57,857 nt of DNA from a virus (IMGVR_UViG_3300043607_000048:1-57857), one strand, 5' to 3'; shown: positions 35,353 to 45,704, counted from the stretch's first letter. Translations and numbers: made by a program. Notes: generated by a model not told the origin, from the letters alone.

Positions 35353-35543
35353 AACAAAGGACTGTCTCTATTAAATTTTGGCGTAAGAGTTGGTTAACGG
35401 TCGAGTTTCGGCCTGACGAGCGATGGCCGGATGCGTGGAGCAGCACCGGTAACGAGCGCGAGATTCGATTTCCAATTATTCCGTTTGTGGCTATCCGTTT
35501 GTTTTGGTGGTTGCGAGGTCGTTACGAGTTGGAGGCAGAGCTA

Positions 35544-35809
35544 TGAGTAAAAAAATTGGAATGCGGTTTCAGGCCATTGTGTGGTTTGATGAGGACGGGA
35601 AGCTGATCCTGCGAGAGTGCGATGCCTCTTGGGCAATCACTCCGCTCAAGGAAATTGCAACGCCTGAAATGCGCAAGCAGCTCCGCGAGTTCATTCTGGA
35701 AGACGTTTTCCGAGAGGGTGTAGTTGCTGACGATGACGGCGAAACGACTACAACAGTTTGCCCATCCACCGGCAAAATTACCAGAACCCCGCGCCAGACG
35801 GAGCCATGA
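35544..35809 (+). CDS. Hypothetical protein
   Basis: MSKKIGMRF...; start near the upstream stop, coordinate approximate. Confidence 0.45.
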
Positions 35810-36090
35810 GTAAACGCCTTTCAACCCGCAAGAAGATGTGCGAAACGTGCCCGTTCCGGCCCGGCAGTCCGTACTCGGATTTGGCCGATCACCTTGCTAA
35901 ACGGTCCATGAAAGAGGGACGCATCTGCCATTCAACGGGGGATAGCGTCATCGTCGGATTCACGGGCAAAAAAGAGCTGCTGTGTCGCGGGTCCAGAGAT
36001 TTGCAGTTGAAAATGTTTGCCGGGATGGGGTTCATTGAGGCGGCAACCGATGAAGCTTGGGACAAGAAATGTAAAGAGATGGGACTATGA
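35806..36090 (+). CDS. Cys/His zinc-binding protein (DUF6283-like)
   Basis: CETCPFR...ICHS...LCRG. Confidence 0.55.
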   Translation: MSKRLSTRKKMCETCPFRPGSPYSDLADHLAKRSMKEGRICHSTGDSVIVGFTGKKELLCRGSRDLQLKMFAGMGFIEAATDEAWDKKCKEMGL

Positions 36091-36284
36091 CTCTGAAACA
36101 GATTGAGCAATTTGAGCGCGAAAAGCGCGAGCTGGCCCGGCGCAACATTGAGCGGCAGCGTGCGGCTGGAGAGCAAGTTGAATTCCCTGACTCCGTGCGT
36201 AGCGCTGGCATGGTGATGGGGATGACTGATGAACAGCGTAAACAATGGTTCAAGAAAATGAGAGAGGAGTCAGGAGTTGAATGA
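36087..36284 (+). CDS. Hypothetical protein
   Basis: ATGA coupling. Confidence 0.5.
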   Translation: MTLKQIEQFEREKRELARRNIERQRAAGEQVEFPDSVRSAGMVMGMTDEQRKQWFKKMREESGVE

Positions 36285-36535
36285 CTGTCGATGAAGTAAT
36301 TAACGATGTGTTCCTCAAATCGGGCATATCACCGGAGCACGTGAAACGCGTGGAGGAGGAGGCAGCGAGGGTCGATCCCATGACCGTTGAATGGGGCCGA
36401 AACGAGCTGACTCCTGAGGATGAAGCTCACATGCGCGAGCTGATGAGCAAACTGCTAAAGCTCCCAAAGCCCGTGATTGCCGCGATGTTGAAAGACTGCC
36501 AAGCGCTGGCTCGGAGGCGGTCGGTTGTCAATTAA
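36281..36535 (+). CDS. Hypothetical protein
   Basis: AGGAG RBS and ATGA coupling. Confidence 0.55.
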   Translation: MTVDEVINDVFLKSGISPEHVKRVEEEAARVDPMTVEWGRNELTPEDEAHMRELMSKLLKLPKPVIAAMLKDCQALARRRSVVN

Positions 36536-36807
36536 GAAAATGATTTTTGCGAGCGCCATTAGGGCAGGTTTGGAGTGGTATCTCCTGCGGAGTCCTGTGA
36601 GGTTCCCGCTTGCGTTACGGGTGCTGCCTTTTTGTTCATTGTTGAGGCAGCGCCCGTTAATTTTCCGTTCGCTGGTCGGCACTTTTGCCGGGGCAGGTTA
36701 CGGTAACTGTGTGACCGTGCTCAAACCATGAACATCACCCGGCCCATCATCGCTCCTTTGGAGCAACGTGATCCAGCGAGCGGGATACTTAGCTGAAAGG
36801 AAAAACT

Positions 36808-37002
36808 ATGACGACTGAGCAAATTGTTGAATCGCAAATCAAAGGGCTGGTGAACGCGCTCACGCCGGAAGCGAAGGATAAAATTCTCGCCTGCGTGGTG
36901 GAGATTCGCGCCGTGATCGCCAAACACGGAGACATTGACGGCGTAAAGGTTGGTGACGTCTCCATCGCAATCATCGGCTCTGAACTGGCGGCACGATCAT
37001 GA
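36808..37002 (+). CDS. Hypothetical protein
   Basis: ATG after GCTGAAAGGAAA at 36792. Confidence 0.6.
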   Translation: MTTEQIVESQIKGLVNALTPEAKDKILACVVEIRAVIAKHGDIDGVKVGDVSIAIIGSELAARS

Positions 37003-37153
37003 AAGAGATTATTTGGTTTTGGCTGTTCATCCTGTTCGTGTTCGGCCTTGGCTTGTTTATCGGCTGGTTCATCGCCGCGTGCCGGTACCGGCGGCGTGAG
37101 ATTGAGCGGCTGGATTACTACAATCATCAACTGCGTGAGGAGCGCCGGATACT

Positions 37154-37582
37154 ATGAGCGATGAAGCACCGCCTGACGGTCCCAAGGACGATAACGCCCG
37201 GAGCGCTATGCAAGAGATTGCGCAACTGGTAGATGAACGGTTGCCGCGTGGATGGGGTTTCTTCGTGCTGGCGTGCCCCACCAACGGCGAGCCGGGCAGG
37301 ATAAATTACGTGAGCAACCTGCCGCGCAACTCCGTGATTAAGGTGATGAAGGATCAAATAAAACGGTTTAAGGACGGAGTATCGTTCAAACACATTCCAG
37401 ACAAGGGAATAAAAACCAAAGAGTGTCTCAAACACGGCTGCAACAAGGCGCGGCTGATTTTCTTAAACAAGGGAAAAAGCCTCCAGACACAAAACGGATT
37501 CTTGACCGCTGGCATCTCAGGCTACTACTGCCCGGTGTGCTCAGGGTCTTACGGAGCTGCCAATGAACGAGAAAGCGAGTGA
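37154..37582 (+). CDS. Hypothetical protein with C-terminal zinc ribbon
   Basis: GFFVL...INYVSN..R; YYCPVCSG. Confidence 0.55.
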   Translation: MSDEAPPDGPKDDNARSAMQEIAQLVDERLPRGWGFFVLACPTNGEPGRINYVSNLPRNSVIKVMKDQIKRFKDGVSFKHIPDKGIKTKECLKHGCNKARLIFLNKGKSLQTQNGFLTAGISGYYCPVCSGSYGAANERESE

Positions 37583-38105
37583 GGCATGGGCGCGCCGTGG
37601 GTTCAAGGTCGTCAACGGGGAACTGATAAGGATTAACCGAGATGCAAACGGACATGTTCACCAAACCGGCTCCAGCTCCGGTGATCCTAACGCTGGAGAT
37701 TCGGGGGAAAATTCCCAGCTTCAAGAACAACAAGATGCTGATACGCCCATCGGCCAAAGCGTTGCTGATGGCGCTGGCGCACGGCGATTTGTCGGCTGTG
37801 AAAGGCCAACTGATGGCGTACCTGAAAAAGCCGATCCTGATGATCACCAAACCGGAGTATCAGCAAGCTATGGATCGGATGATTGCCAGCATCGAGTCAC
37901 AATTACTGTGCGCTTCTCAAACCGGCTCAGGACAGACCTTTCCGGCAAACTCGACACTCTGCTGGATTGCATCGTGCGTGCCCGAAGACGATTGTTGGAC
38001 AAAGCTCCCGGAAATCCAAATCAGAGCGGAGCTGTGCGAACCGGGAAACGAGGGAGCAACCGTGGTGATCGAAAGAATCAACTGAAAGAGAAGGTGCCAT
38101 TTTGA
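37563..38105 (+). CDS. Outer ORF carrying the central RusA-like strand-helix motif
   Basis: RVTITVRFSNRLRTDLSGKLDTLLDCIVRA; start overlaps the upstream gene and stop overlaps the TTG of the next gene. Confidence 0.55.
   Translation: MNEKASEAWARRGFKVVNGELIRINRDANGHVHQTGSSSGDPNAGDSGENSQLQEQQDADTPIGQSVADGAGARRFVGCERPTDGVPEKADPDDHQTGVSASYGSDDCQHRVTITVRFSNRLRTDLSGKLDTLLDCIVRARRRLLDKAPGNPNQSGAVRTGKRGSNRGDRKNQLKEKVPF
37642..38085 (+). CDS. Nested ORF carrying RusA-like N- and C-terminal motifs
   Basis: LTLEIRGKIPSFKN...ITKPEYQQ and EDDCW..I.......EGATVVIERI; AAGGA upstream of the ATG. Confidence 0.65.
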   Translation: MQTDMFTKPAPAPVILTLEIRGKIPSFKNNKMLIRPSAKALLMALAHGDLSAVKGQLMAYLKKPILMITKPEYQQAMDRMIASIESQLLCASQTGSGQTFPANSTLCWIASCVPEDDCWTKLPEIQIRAELCEPGNEGATVVIERIN

Positions 38106-38386
38106 GCGACGTTAACAAATTCTATGACGGACAGGGGTTGGAAGGCGTTGAACACTTCGAAGCGCTGTGGGCTTTGCGCCATGTAATCGCCTTTAATGAG
38201 GATGAGCGCCAAACCGTGTTGCTGGCGCTCGCAGAGCTTTCAATCGCCCGCCCCGGGTGGGTGAATATGCTCAATGAGATTGCGCTGAAAATGGACAACA
38301 AGGATCAGCATGGGCACGCGGAGATGTTTGAAGGGTTCCGGCAGCTTCACGCCGGGCCGGTGACTGACGCGCTGAAAAACTCCTAA
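38102..38386 (+). CDS. Hypothetical protein
   Basis: Last plus-strand gene; stop overlaps the convergent stop at 38383. Confidence 0.55.
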   Translation: MSDVNKFYDGQGLEGVEHFEALWALRHVIAFNEDERQTVLLALAELSIARPGWVNMLNEIALKMDNKDQHGHAEMFEGFRQLHAGPVTDALKNS

Positions 38387-41300
38387 GGCTGCGCGTTCAT
38401 GAAGTCATAAAACTGGTCTAACAAATCCTGCCGCTCCTCATTCGCCCGCGTGTAAATCTCCAGCTCTTTATCTGAGAGCGATTGCTGAAAGAGATGCTCA
38501 TTCTGCCGTTTGCTTCGGGTGAAAGGTGACTTGGCCCAAAGCTTCATTGCTTTGATGATGTCCTTATCGCTGTGAGACTTTTGCAGCGCGGTGAAAATCT
38601 TCGATGCCCCGCCTGTGTCGCCGTTTCGGATCGCCGTCCTCAATTTCGAATAGCTCGGATCGTCCGTCATCACCTGCTCCCAACCGGTGTCTTTCTTCAA
38701 CCCCTCTTTCTCCATGAACTGGTCAGCGAGATGGTACACCTGATTCACGGCGGTTTGACCGGCCTGCACTTTGATGCCTGCGCCTGACGCGAGCAATTGA
38801 CGCGGCAACGCACCCGGAGGATTCGGAGCAATCTGATTCGGGAAAAGAGCGTGCCCGGCAGCGCGCAACGGCGTGCCAATGGTGATCGGAACCGCTCCAG
38901 CGCCCGGCGTGACCTGAGCAAGCCCGGCCCGGAGTCTCGCGCCGCTGGTGGAGTACCGGTACCCCATCGGGTCTTCGCCCTTCCAAAATATGTTGGCCAT
39001 CTTTCCCACCGGTCCAAGCCGGTTCTCGCCCATCTTCACGATCCTGTCGAACACCTGCGGCTTTGTTTCCCCCAGCCGGATGAAGTCATGCGTTGTCTCG
39101 GCGAAAACTGCCATCGGCGAAAGCCAGACACCTTTCTCACCAATCGGAATAAACGCGTCCCATTTGTGCCCCTCCTCCTCATTCTGCCAAGTGGGCTGCT
39201 TTCGCGTGATCAAATTGATGAGCTGCGTGAGAGCGAAGTAGGTTCCAAGGCCGGTCGCCATCATCTTGCCGGTGGTACCCAGCGCCGGGAGTCCCTTGCG
39301 ATACGGCAGCTCCTTGCCCATCAGCGCGGCGGCTCCGCGCAACGGCAGAGCGGCAATCCGTGATGCGGCGGTGATTTCTTTTCGGATCAAACCTTCCTGC
39401 CACATCGGCGCGAGCATTACCAATTGCCCAAGGCTGCGGAACGTGGCGCTCTTGAAAATCCCCTGCCTGCCCAAGTTGCCGTAAATCGTATTGATGTCTT
39501 TGATCACGTCACGCGCCAGCTTCGGCAAAGGAGTGCCGGGCTTCGCTTTGCTGGCCTGCTCCAGACTGCGCACGGCATTCTCAATCATCATGCCCGGCAA
39601 GAACCGGTCAAACAGGAACCGGTTGTAGGGTGAAATCGCTTTGTGGTAAGCCTCACCGATGAAAGGGATGTTCTGCACCGCATCTTTGTAAAGCGCGTCC
39701 GTTATTTTGGACGCGTTCAATCCGTGCCTGAGCAATTCGTCGGCGATTGCCTTGCGCGTAACTTTAACCTTGGTGCCTCCGGGTCCGGTCAGCTCCACTT
39801 CTCCCGTTGCCCAATCGGCTGCGGCTTTCGAGATGTAACCCTTGTCCACGGCAGCTTGCAGATCACCCGCCCGATACGAGAGCGCTGAGTGACCGCCGCG
39901 ATACCCCACCGGGTCTTTCCCACCAATCGCTTTTCCGTACTGCCCCAGCCGGGCCAAGTGGAAGCTATCCAGCAAAAGCAAAACGCCGTGCTTCAAAATT
40001 CCGGTCGCTGCCAGCGCTTCCTTGCCCAAGGGTAAATCCGCAATGACATCGGGCCGGATCAGCGTCCTCACCAAACCGGCATACCCGCGATGCACCGCAA
40101 TTGGTTTCGAGTTGGCGCGAGCAAACACTAATTCGTAATCCGGTGACGGCGATTGCCACACAGGCTCTTTGCTGGTGAGTCCCGTAGTGGGATCAACAAC
40201 ATTCTTCATCGCCATGTTTGGCTGGGTTGCCACTGCCTTGCCGGTCGCCGGGTCTTTGATCCCGGTGAGCGCCTGAGTCCAGAGCATCCGTTCAACGCTT
40301 CTCCTACCGGCCATGATGCGAGTCTGAGCCAGCTCGGCAACGTCCTGACTGGCGAGGTAGTACGGACCGGCAGCAATCGCATCGTAAGGATTCTGGAATT
40401 TCTTGGGCATCCGGTATTGAGTCCCCAGCAACCGCTTGCCCGCAAAGTAATCACCGTGGAACAAGCCCGGGATGTAATTGTCCCGCTCAACGGTCGTGGA
40501 GCCGTGCAGCTTTTCAAACTCAATGGCATCGTGGACTTCTTTCCGGTACGCCTGCGCGCCCTCCACAAAAGTACGATCGGTCCAATTGGTGTTGGCGTAC
40601 TCAACCCCCGCCTGCATTTCCTTCACCGCTTTCATCCAGCGACGTCCCTCTCGCCGCTTCAACGGATTCAGGTCTTGGGTCCATGACCGGGCCTTTGCCT
40701 CCGCGATGTCGAGCTTGGCGCGCCAGTCCACAATCTTGCTCTTGTTGGCCGTCCAGTTCCCGTGCGCGTCGGTTTGACCGGCAGCGATGTAGGCAATGGA
40801 GGCTTTCCGGCGCTGAGTCGCTTCGGCGGCGTTCGCACGTTGCTCCCGCGTCATCTTGCTAAATGGATTTAGGGAGTATTTCCAGCCGGGCGCGGTCTTG
40901 TCCGTGGACGCGAGTTTGATCGCCTCCCGGGCATTGAGGGCAATCTGGCCGGAAGCACTATCGGCACCATCAAGGAGCGCCGGAATCTCCTGCTTAACGG
41001 CGCGCCGGGAGAAGATGTCTTTGATGTCACCGGTGGAGATGTCCCATTGCTCCTTGGCGGCGGCTTTAGCCTTGTCGAATGCGGCGGGCAGGTCTTTGGC
41101 CGGGATTGTTCCACGTGGAGCAATTTTCTCAGGCTTGCGAAACTTGCGGCCAACGGCTCCCCCGGGGCGCTCTCCCCGGGCGTACGGGCTGATGTCGATG
41201 CCCCGGGCTTCCAGTTCCGGGCTGGGCCGGTCCACGGTGGCGCTGTAGCTGGGCGCTTCGTCCAGAGCAGCCTGCGCCTCCAGAGACAGCATGGGACCGC

Positions 41301-44300
41301 CCGGGGGTGGTACCGGGCGCTCTGCACCCACCTTGGGCGGTAAAGGCTCCGCTGGGACTGACTGGCGACCGAATCGGGGGGTTTTAAGCTCTACTCCAGT
41401 CTTCGAAGGGGCCGGTTCATCCGGGATGAAACCGAATGGGTTTGAGGGGCTGGGTTTGCCCGGCGTGGTGATCCCGGCGCGCTCCCGGGCGACTCCAGCC
41501 TCAGGCCCGGTAAAGGAGCTGGTTTTGATCCCCCGGGTGCCCTCAATGCCAGCGTCCCCGAACCAACCAGCAAACGCTTCGGGAGTGGTGAACACCTTTC
41601 GAAAATCCTCCACGGGATCGCGGAGCGTCATTTGGTGCGTCGGCTCGTAGCGCTGGAAAAGCTTGCTGTCGATTTTAACCGAGTTGCCCGCGCCCTCAGG
41701 GTTGGTCACAACCGGCCCGCGTCGTCCATCTTCCCATGCCGAAACAAGGATCGTGCGGTTATTGATTTTGTCCCGGAGCGCCAGCAACCCCTTGGTGAGT
41801 GATACCTTTTCACCCTTCACCCGGGCGTTGGCCGTCACCGCATCGCCGACAAGCTTTGGATCGGCGGCTTGGTCCGGGGTGAACGCTCTAAACTGGCGGC
41901 TCGTCTCAACGTTGGGCTGAGTGAATTCGCCAGTCTCCACTCCACCCTCACCGGGTATTGGCTCCGCTGGCTCAATGACAATAAACCGGCTGGCAATATC
42001 CTCCGGTCCCACTTCACTGCGGAAACTGGAGCGCTTTGGTTTTCCACCGGCCTGCTCGGCGAGCTTGTCATAGATCGCGCCCAATGCCGCCAGCCGCCGC
42101 TTTTGGTCGGGCTTCAAATCTTTGCTGGCGCGTGACTGCCTTCGTGCCGCTGCCTCGGTCTGCGCCTCGGTCTGCATCTCCAGCGCAAACTGATCCATGT
42201 TCTTTTGCTCCGCGTCCGGGATCGAACCAAGGAAAGGGTCTTTCTCCTGCGGCTTCAACGCCTGCGCCACGTCATCAACCAAACCCAGCTTTCCCAACAT
42301 GGCGCGCACGCTTTTGCCGGTGGCGGTGAGCAAATGTTTTTGGATCGCATCGGTCCACGGGTAGAACGCTTTTTCAGGAGTCATCCCGCCGCCGTATTTG
42401 CTCTGTAGCTCGCCCCGGAATTCTTCGAAGTTGGGCACGGCGTCTTTGGCGAGTGCCTCAGTTACGTGCTTGGTGGCAGTCGCCTCAATATCTTTGGCAA
42501 CCGGCGCGGCGAACACTTCACGCTCTTTACCTTTCTCACCGGCACCGAACTGCATCGGATCAGTAAGTGTGTCGGGCTTCTTTTTTGAAAACGCCGCTGG
42601 AGTCGAGCGCTGTTCCCAATCCGGGACCGCTCGCTTCATCGCGTCGGCGTTATTCTGGAAACGATCACTCTCCCGCTGGTAGCGCATTGCCTGCACCGGA
42701 CTGGTTGCACCCTTGGCTAAACGCCGGTACTCATCGGCCTGCTTTTCGCTGTCCCGGATATTGTCACCGATGCGCTCGGAATAATCCTTCTGGAACGCGG
42801 CGGGTTGCTCTTTGGTTGACAGCTCCCGCACGTCCTCAACTCCAACGCCGTGCTTCTGTGCAGCTTCTTCCGGGGACATGCCCGATCGTACTTCCTGCCC
42901 GGCATCAAGCAGCCGCAAGCCTTCATCGAAAAACTGTTTGCGCGCACTGCGCTGAGTCGTCTCCGCGAAAAGTTTCCCCAGCTCATCCGGTTTGGCTCCG
43001 CGCATCCGGCCCAAAGCTTCAACGGTTTCCTTTTCCTGCTGTTTGGCAAATTTCTCCAGCGTCTCCCGTCCAGCTTCGCCGTACTTCTTCGCAAGGTCGT
43101 AACCCGCGCCGGTCGCGCCCCGGCCCGTGGACTTTGCCCATGAGGCAAATTCATCTGGAGCCATCTCAGCAACGCGGGCGGCTTCCTTCTCAGCGCCCTC
43201 AGCGTTTTTATCGAACGCGGCGGGTGCCTGTCCTCCAGTGATTGCTGATCGGGCTGCTTTCAAATTGTCGTCCAGTTGCGAGAGGAGCCGCAAACCTTCG
43301 CCTGCCGCTCTGCTGCCCGCCATCTCTCGCACGTTCCGTACCATCCCTGAGAGCGCGTCCAAACTCTTTAGTGTCCAGCGCTCGCGCATCGCCGCTTCTG
43401 CAATCTCCGAAGTTGTGCCATTCATCAGCCGTTGCATACGGCGGCGGATCGCCTCATGTCCAAGCTGTGTGTCTGAGAATTGTACACCCCTGTCCTTTAA
43501 CAAGCCGCTCTGTGTCCATTTTCCGGTGTAGGCCCGATGCTCGGCAATCTGTTCGGCTTTGGTGAGCGTGTCCCAATACGCGGCAGCATCTTCACCCGGC
43601 ACGTTCCGGTGGATGTGCTCCTCCAGAACGCGCTGCGCAATGGCGGCAGGTCGGCGCTCCTCTGGAATCTGGAGCAACCAGTCGCGGAAATTCTGCTTTC
43701 GAATCTCCATCCCTTTGCCGGTCGGTCGCATGAACTGCCCGGCGAAAGGTTCATCAGGGCTTTCACCGCTGAACTGATCGACGACACTCGCCGGTGATCC
43801 TAACTTCTCCGCTTCGTCAATCGCCTGACGCTCGGCGGCGGCAACCTGCTCATCTTCGAACATCCGTTTACCGCCAAGCTCACCCTCTAATAAAATCCCT
43901 TCCGGTCTTTCTTTGGAGATTTCCGTTTGTGGCTGAATTCCCGCGCCACGCTCCGGGACGGGCACCCCTTCGGCGGGTGCTTGGCGTGCGCGCACATCCC
44001 CATATACCTTTGCTGACGGGCGGATTTGGCTGGCATTGATACCTTTCTGTATTGCGAGCGGCAGGCCGATGGTCGCGCCTGCGCCCAAGGTTGCGGCGAT
44101 TACGTCTGACGGCGTTTGAGCCTGTTCGATGGATTTAACACTCTCGGGAATTTGGGCAATCATCGGAAGCTGGAAGCTTCGCGCAACTGCCTCGGAAACC
44201 TGTGGAGCTGCTGCCTCAGTCACACCCAGCGCTCGCTGCACGGGTGGAGCACCAAGCGCCATCGGGATGATGTTCTCTCCCTTGGTCAGCTCTGAAATAT

Positions 44301-44742
44301 TCTCCGCTGCGAATTTTCCCGCACCGGTTTCGATGTCGCCCAACACTCCCTCATCTGGAGCCGTGGACAATCCCAACGGTTGAGCAACGCCGCTTTTGAA
44401 CGCGTCGGTGACCTGCTCCCCGGAGACTAACGGAGTGGTGAACGGCTTAAACCCCTGCGTGCCCTTCGGATAGACCCCAAACTTGGAGAGCAAATCAACG
44501 CCAAGCTGATTCGCCTTTTCGATTGCCGCGCCCGGATGAAACCATGCCCCGGCAACGCTCTCAGGAATCTCTGCCGTGCGCTGCAAAAAGCCTTCAACGT
44601 TCTGCCGCATGGACGGCGGCGGCTCAATCTGCTTTGTGGGAATGAACCGGTTTAGGTCGGACTGTAAACCTGCTGCGGAGTCTTCCGGCTGAAAGTCGAA
44701 ATCCTTCGCTGCCTCATCGTCGGCAACAAAATCTAGCGGCAT
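38383..44742 (-). CDS. Giant internal virion / DNA ejection (polyvalent-type) protein
   Basis: 2119 aa, last of three genes after the tail module; acidic FDF.P N-terminus, zincin-like LEEHIH...GHE, helical C-terminal region. Confidence 0.65.
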   Translation of the reverse strand: MPLDFVADDEAAKDFDFQPEDSAAGLQSDLNRFIPTKQIEPPPSMRQNVEGFLQRTAEIPESVAGAWFHPGAAIEKANQLGVDLLSKFGVYPKGTQGFKPFTTPLVSGEQVTDAFKSGVAQPLGLSTAPDEGVLGDIETGAGKFAAENISELTKGENIIPMALGAPPVQRALGVTEAAAPQVSEAVARSFQLPMIAQIPESVKSIEQAQTPSDVIAATLGAGATIGLPLAIQKGINASQIRPSAKVYGDVRARQAPAEGVPVPERGAGIQPQTEISKERPEGILLEGELGGKRMFEDEQVAAAERQAIDEAEKLGSPASVVDQFSGESPDEPFAGQFMRPTGKGMEIRKQNFRDWLLQIPEERRPAAIAQRVLEEHIHRNVPGEDAAAYWDTLTKAEQIAEHRAYTGKWTQSGLLKDRGVQFSDTQLGHEAIRRRMQRLMNGTTSEIAEAAMRERWTLKSLDALSGMVRNVREMAGSRAAGEGLRLLSQLDDNLKAARSAITGGQAPAAFDKNAEGAEKEAARVAEMAPDEFASWAKSTGRGATGAGYDLAKKYGEAGRETLEKFAKQQEKETVEALGRMRGAKPDELGKLFAETTQRSARKQFFDEGLRLLDAGQEVRSGMSPEEAAQKHGVGVEDVRELSTKEQPAAFQKDYSERIGDNIRDSEKQADEYRRLAKGATSPVQAMRYQRESDRFQNNADAMKRAVPDWEQRSTPAAFSKKKPDTLTDPMQFGAGEKGKEREVFAAPVAKDIEATATKHVTEALAKDAVPNFEEFRGELQSKYGGGMTPEKAFYPWTDAIQKHLLTATGKSVRAMLGKLGLVDDVAQALKPQEKDPFLGSIPDAEQKNMDQFALEMQTEAQTEAAARRQSRASKDLKPDQKRRLAALGAIYDKLAEQAGGKPKRSSFRSEVGPEDIASRFIVIEPAEPIPGEGGVETGEFTQPNVETSRQFRAFTPDQAADPKLVGDAVTANARVKGEKVSLTKGLLALRDKINNRTILVSAWEDGRRGPVVTNPEGAGNSVKIDSKLFQRYEPTHQMTLRDPVEDFRKVFTTPEAFAGWFGDAGIEGTRGIKTSSFTGPEAGVARERAGITTPGKPSPSNPFGFIPDEPAPSKTGVELKTPRFGRQSVPAEPLPPKVGAERPVPPPGGPMLSLEAQAALDEAPSYSATVDRPSPELEARGIDISPYARGERPGGAVGRKFRKPEKIAPRGTIPAKDLPAAFDKAKAAAKEQWDISTGDIKDIFSRRAVKQEIPALLDGADSASGQIALNAREAIKLASTDKTAPGWKYSLNPFSKMTREQRANAAEATQRRKASIAYIAAGQTDAHGNWTANKSKIVDWRAKLDIAEAKARSWTQDLNPLKRREGRRWMKAVKEMQAGVEYANTNWTDRTFVEGAQAYRKEVHDAIEFEKLHGSTTVERDNYIPGLFHGDYFAGKRLLGTQYRMPKKFQNPYDAIAAGPYYLASQDVAELAQTRIMAGRRSVERMLWTQALTGIKDPATGKAVATQPNMAMKNVVDPTTGLTSKEPVWQSPSPDYELVFARANSKPIAVHRGYAGLVRTLIRPDVIADLPLGKEALAATGILKHGVLLLLDSFHLARLGQYGKAIGGKDPVGYRGGHSALSYRAGDLQAAVDKGYISKAAADWATGEVELTGPGGTKVKVTRKAIADELLRHGLNASKITDALYKDAVQNIPFIGEAYHKAISPYNRFLFDRFLPGMMIENAVRSLEQASKAKPGTPLPKLARDVIKDINTIYGNLGRQGIFKSATFRSLGQLVMLAPMWQEGLIRKEITAASRIAALPLRGAAALMGKELPYRKGLPALGTTGKMMATGLGTYFALTQLINLITRKQPTWQNEEEGHKWDAFIPIGEKGVWLSPMAVFAETTHDFIRLGETKPQVFDRIVKMGENRLGPVGKMANIFWKGEDPMGYRYSTSGARLRAGLAQVTPGAGAVPITIGTPLRAAGHALFPNQIAPNPPGALPRQLLASGAGIKVQAGQTAVNQVYHLADQFMEKEGLKKDTGWEQVMTDDPSYSKLRTAIRNGDTGGASKIFTALQKSHSDKDIIKAMKLWAKSPFTRSKRQNEHLFQQSLSDKELEIYTRANEERQDLLDQFYDFMNAQP

Positions 44743-45704
44743 TACTTAACCAGTGTGTAATGGTGAGCGAGGGCATCGTCAAGCTGATCGGCGGGGATGC
44801 TCCCCACCTTACCGTCTGGAGATTGCACGCGAACGCGTTTACCTTGCGCGGCGGGAGCGGCTTTGGGCGCTGGAGGATTCTCCAAATCGTCAATTCTCTT
44901 TCGCAGTTTGTCGGCCTGAGCCTTCAACGCTTTGAATTGGTTTTTCTTGGTGTCCTTCCATTTGGGATCGGCTTTACCATCCTCACTCAAATCAAACTGG
45001 GAATAGTCTGACGAAAGTTTCTCCAAATCCTTCTCATTGCGGTGCAGCTCCATCAGTGTTTGGTTATCGCTCAACCCGCTGGCCTTTGCAGTCTTCGGAG
45101 TTGCCCAATGCGCCGGTACTTCATCGGTCGCCTGAACAAAGGCCGATCCCTCAGGCACCCGGGGCGGTTGCGGTGTTGCTGCCGGGCGCTGAGGTCGCGG
45201 CGGGAAACGAATATCTCCACCACTGCTCTGCAACGTGCTCAACCCGCTGGGCATCGTGACTTCCTGCCAGCTCTTCGGCTGCTTCTGTTCCATCGTGCGC
45301 GCCCGGATCGCGGCGGCAGCTCCGGTGTTGGCTGACATCGCCGGGCCAAACTGGAGCATCGCATCGTTAGGGTCCATTCCCCCAGCGATTGCAGATTGAT
45401 ATTGCTGGAACGCCTGATGCTTTTTAGCAGCCTCCGAAGCGGCGAGACTGAATTTCTGTTCGGCGAGCGCCTGATCCCGCGCCGTCATTTGCTCCTGCTT
45501 TGCCGCCTGCACTTCTTTGAACCGCATTAGCGCGTCCTGCTGCTGTTGCTCCTGAGCCTGCTGCGCTGCGCGTGCGGCCATCTGTTGCTGCCGGAATCGC
45601 TCCTCAGCCTGTTGCTGGCCAAGTTGCACGCCGATCCTCATTCCTTGCGCCATGTGTGTAGCGGGGTCGGCTGCTTGAATCCAAGGAGGTATTTGGCCGG
45701 GCAT
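44742..45704 (-). CDS. Internal virion / ejection protein
   Basis: Gln/Ala-rich coiled-coil; C-terminal RVRVQSPDGKVGSIP; TAATG coupling. Confidence 0.55.
   Translation of the reverse strand: MPGQIPPWIQAADPATHMAQGMRIGVQLGQQQAEERFRQQQMAARAAQQAQEQQQQDALMRFKEVQAAKQEQMTARDQALAEQKFSLAASEAAKKHQAFQQYQSAIAGGMDPNDAMLQFGPAMSANTGAAAAIRARTMEQKQPKSWQEVTMPSGLSTLQSSGGDIRFPPRPQRPAATPQPPRVPEGSAFVQATDEVPAHWATPKTAKASGLSDNQTLMELHRNEKDLEKLSSDYSQFDLSEDGKADPKWKDTKKNQFKALKAQADKLRKRIDDLENPPAPKAAPAAQGKRVRVQSPDGKVGSIPADQLDDALAHHYTLVK

Noticed and set aside
38383-44742. Virion RNA polymerase or tape measure protein
   Set aside because: No DxDGD or T7-type polymerase motifs recognised, no periodic tape-measure repeats, and no tail tube genes.
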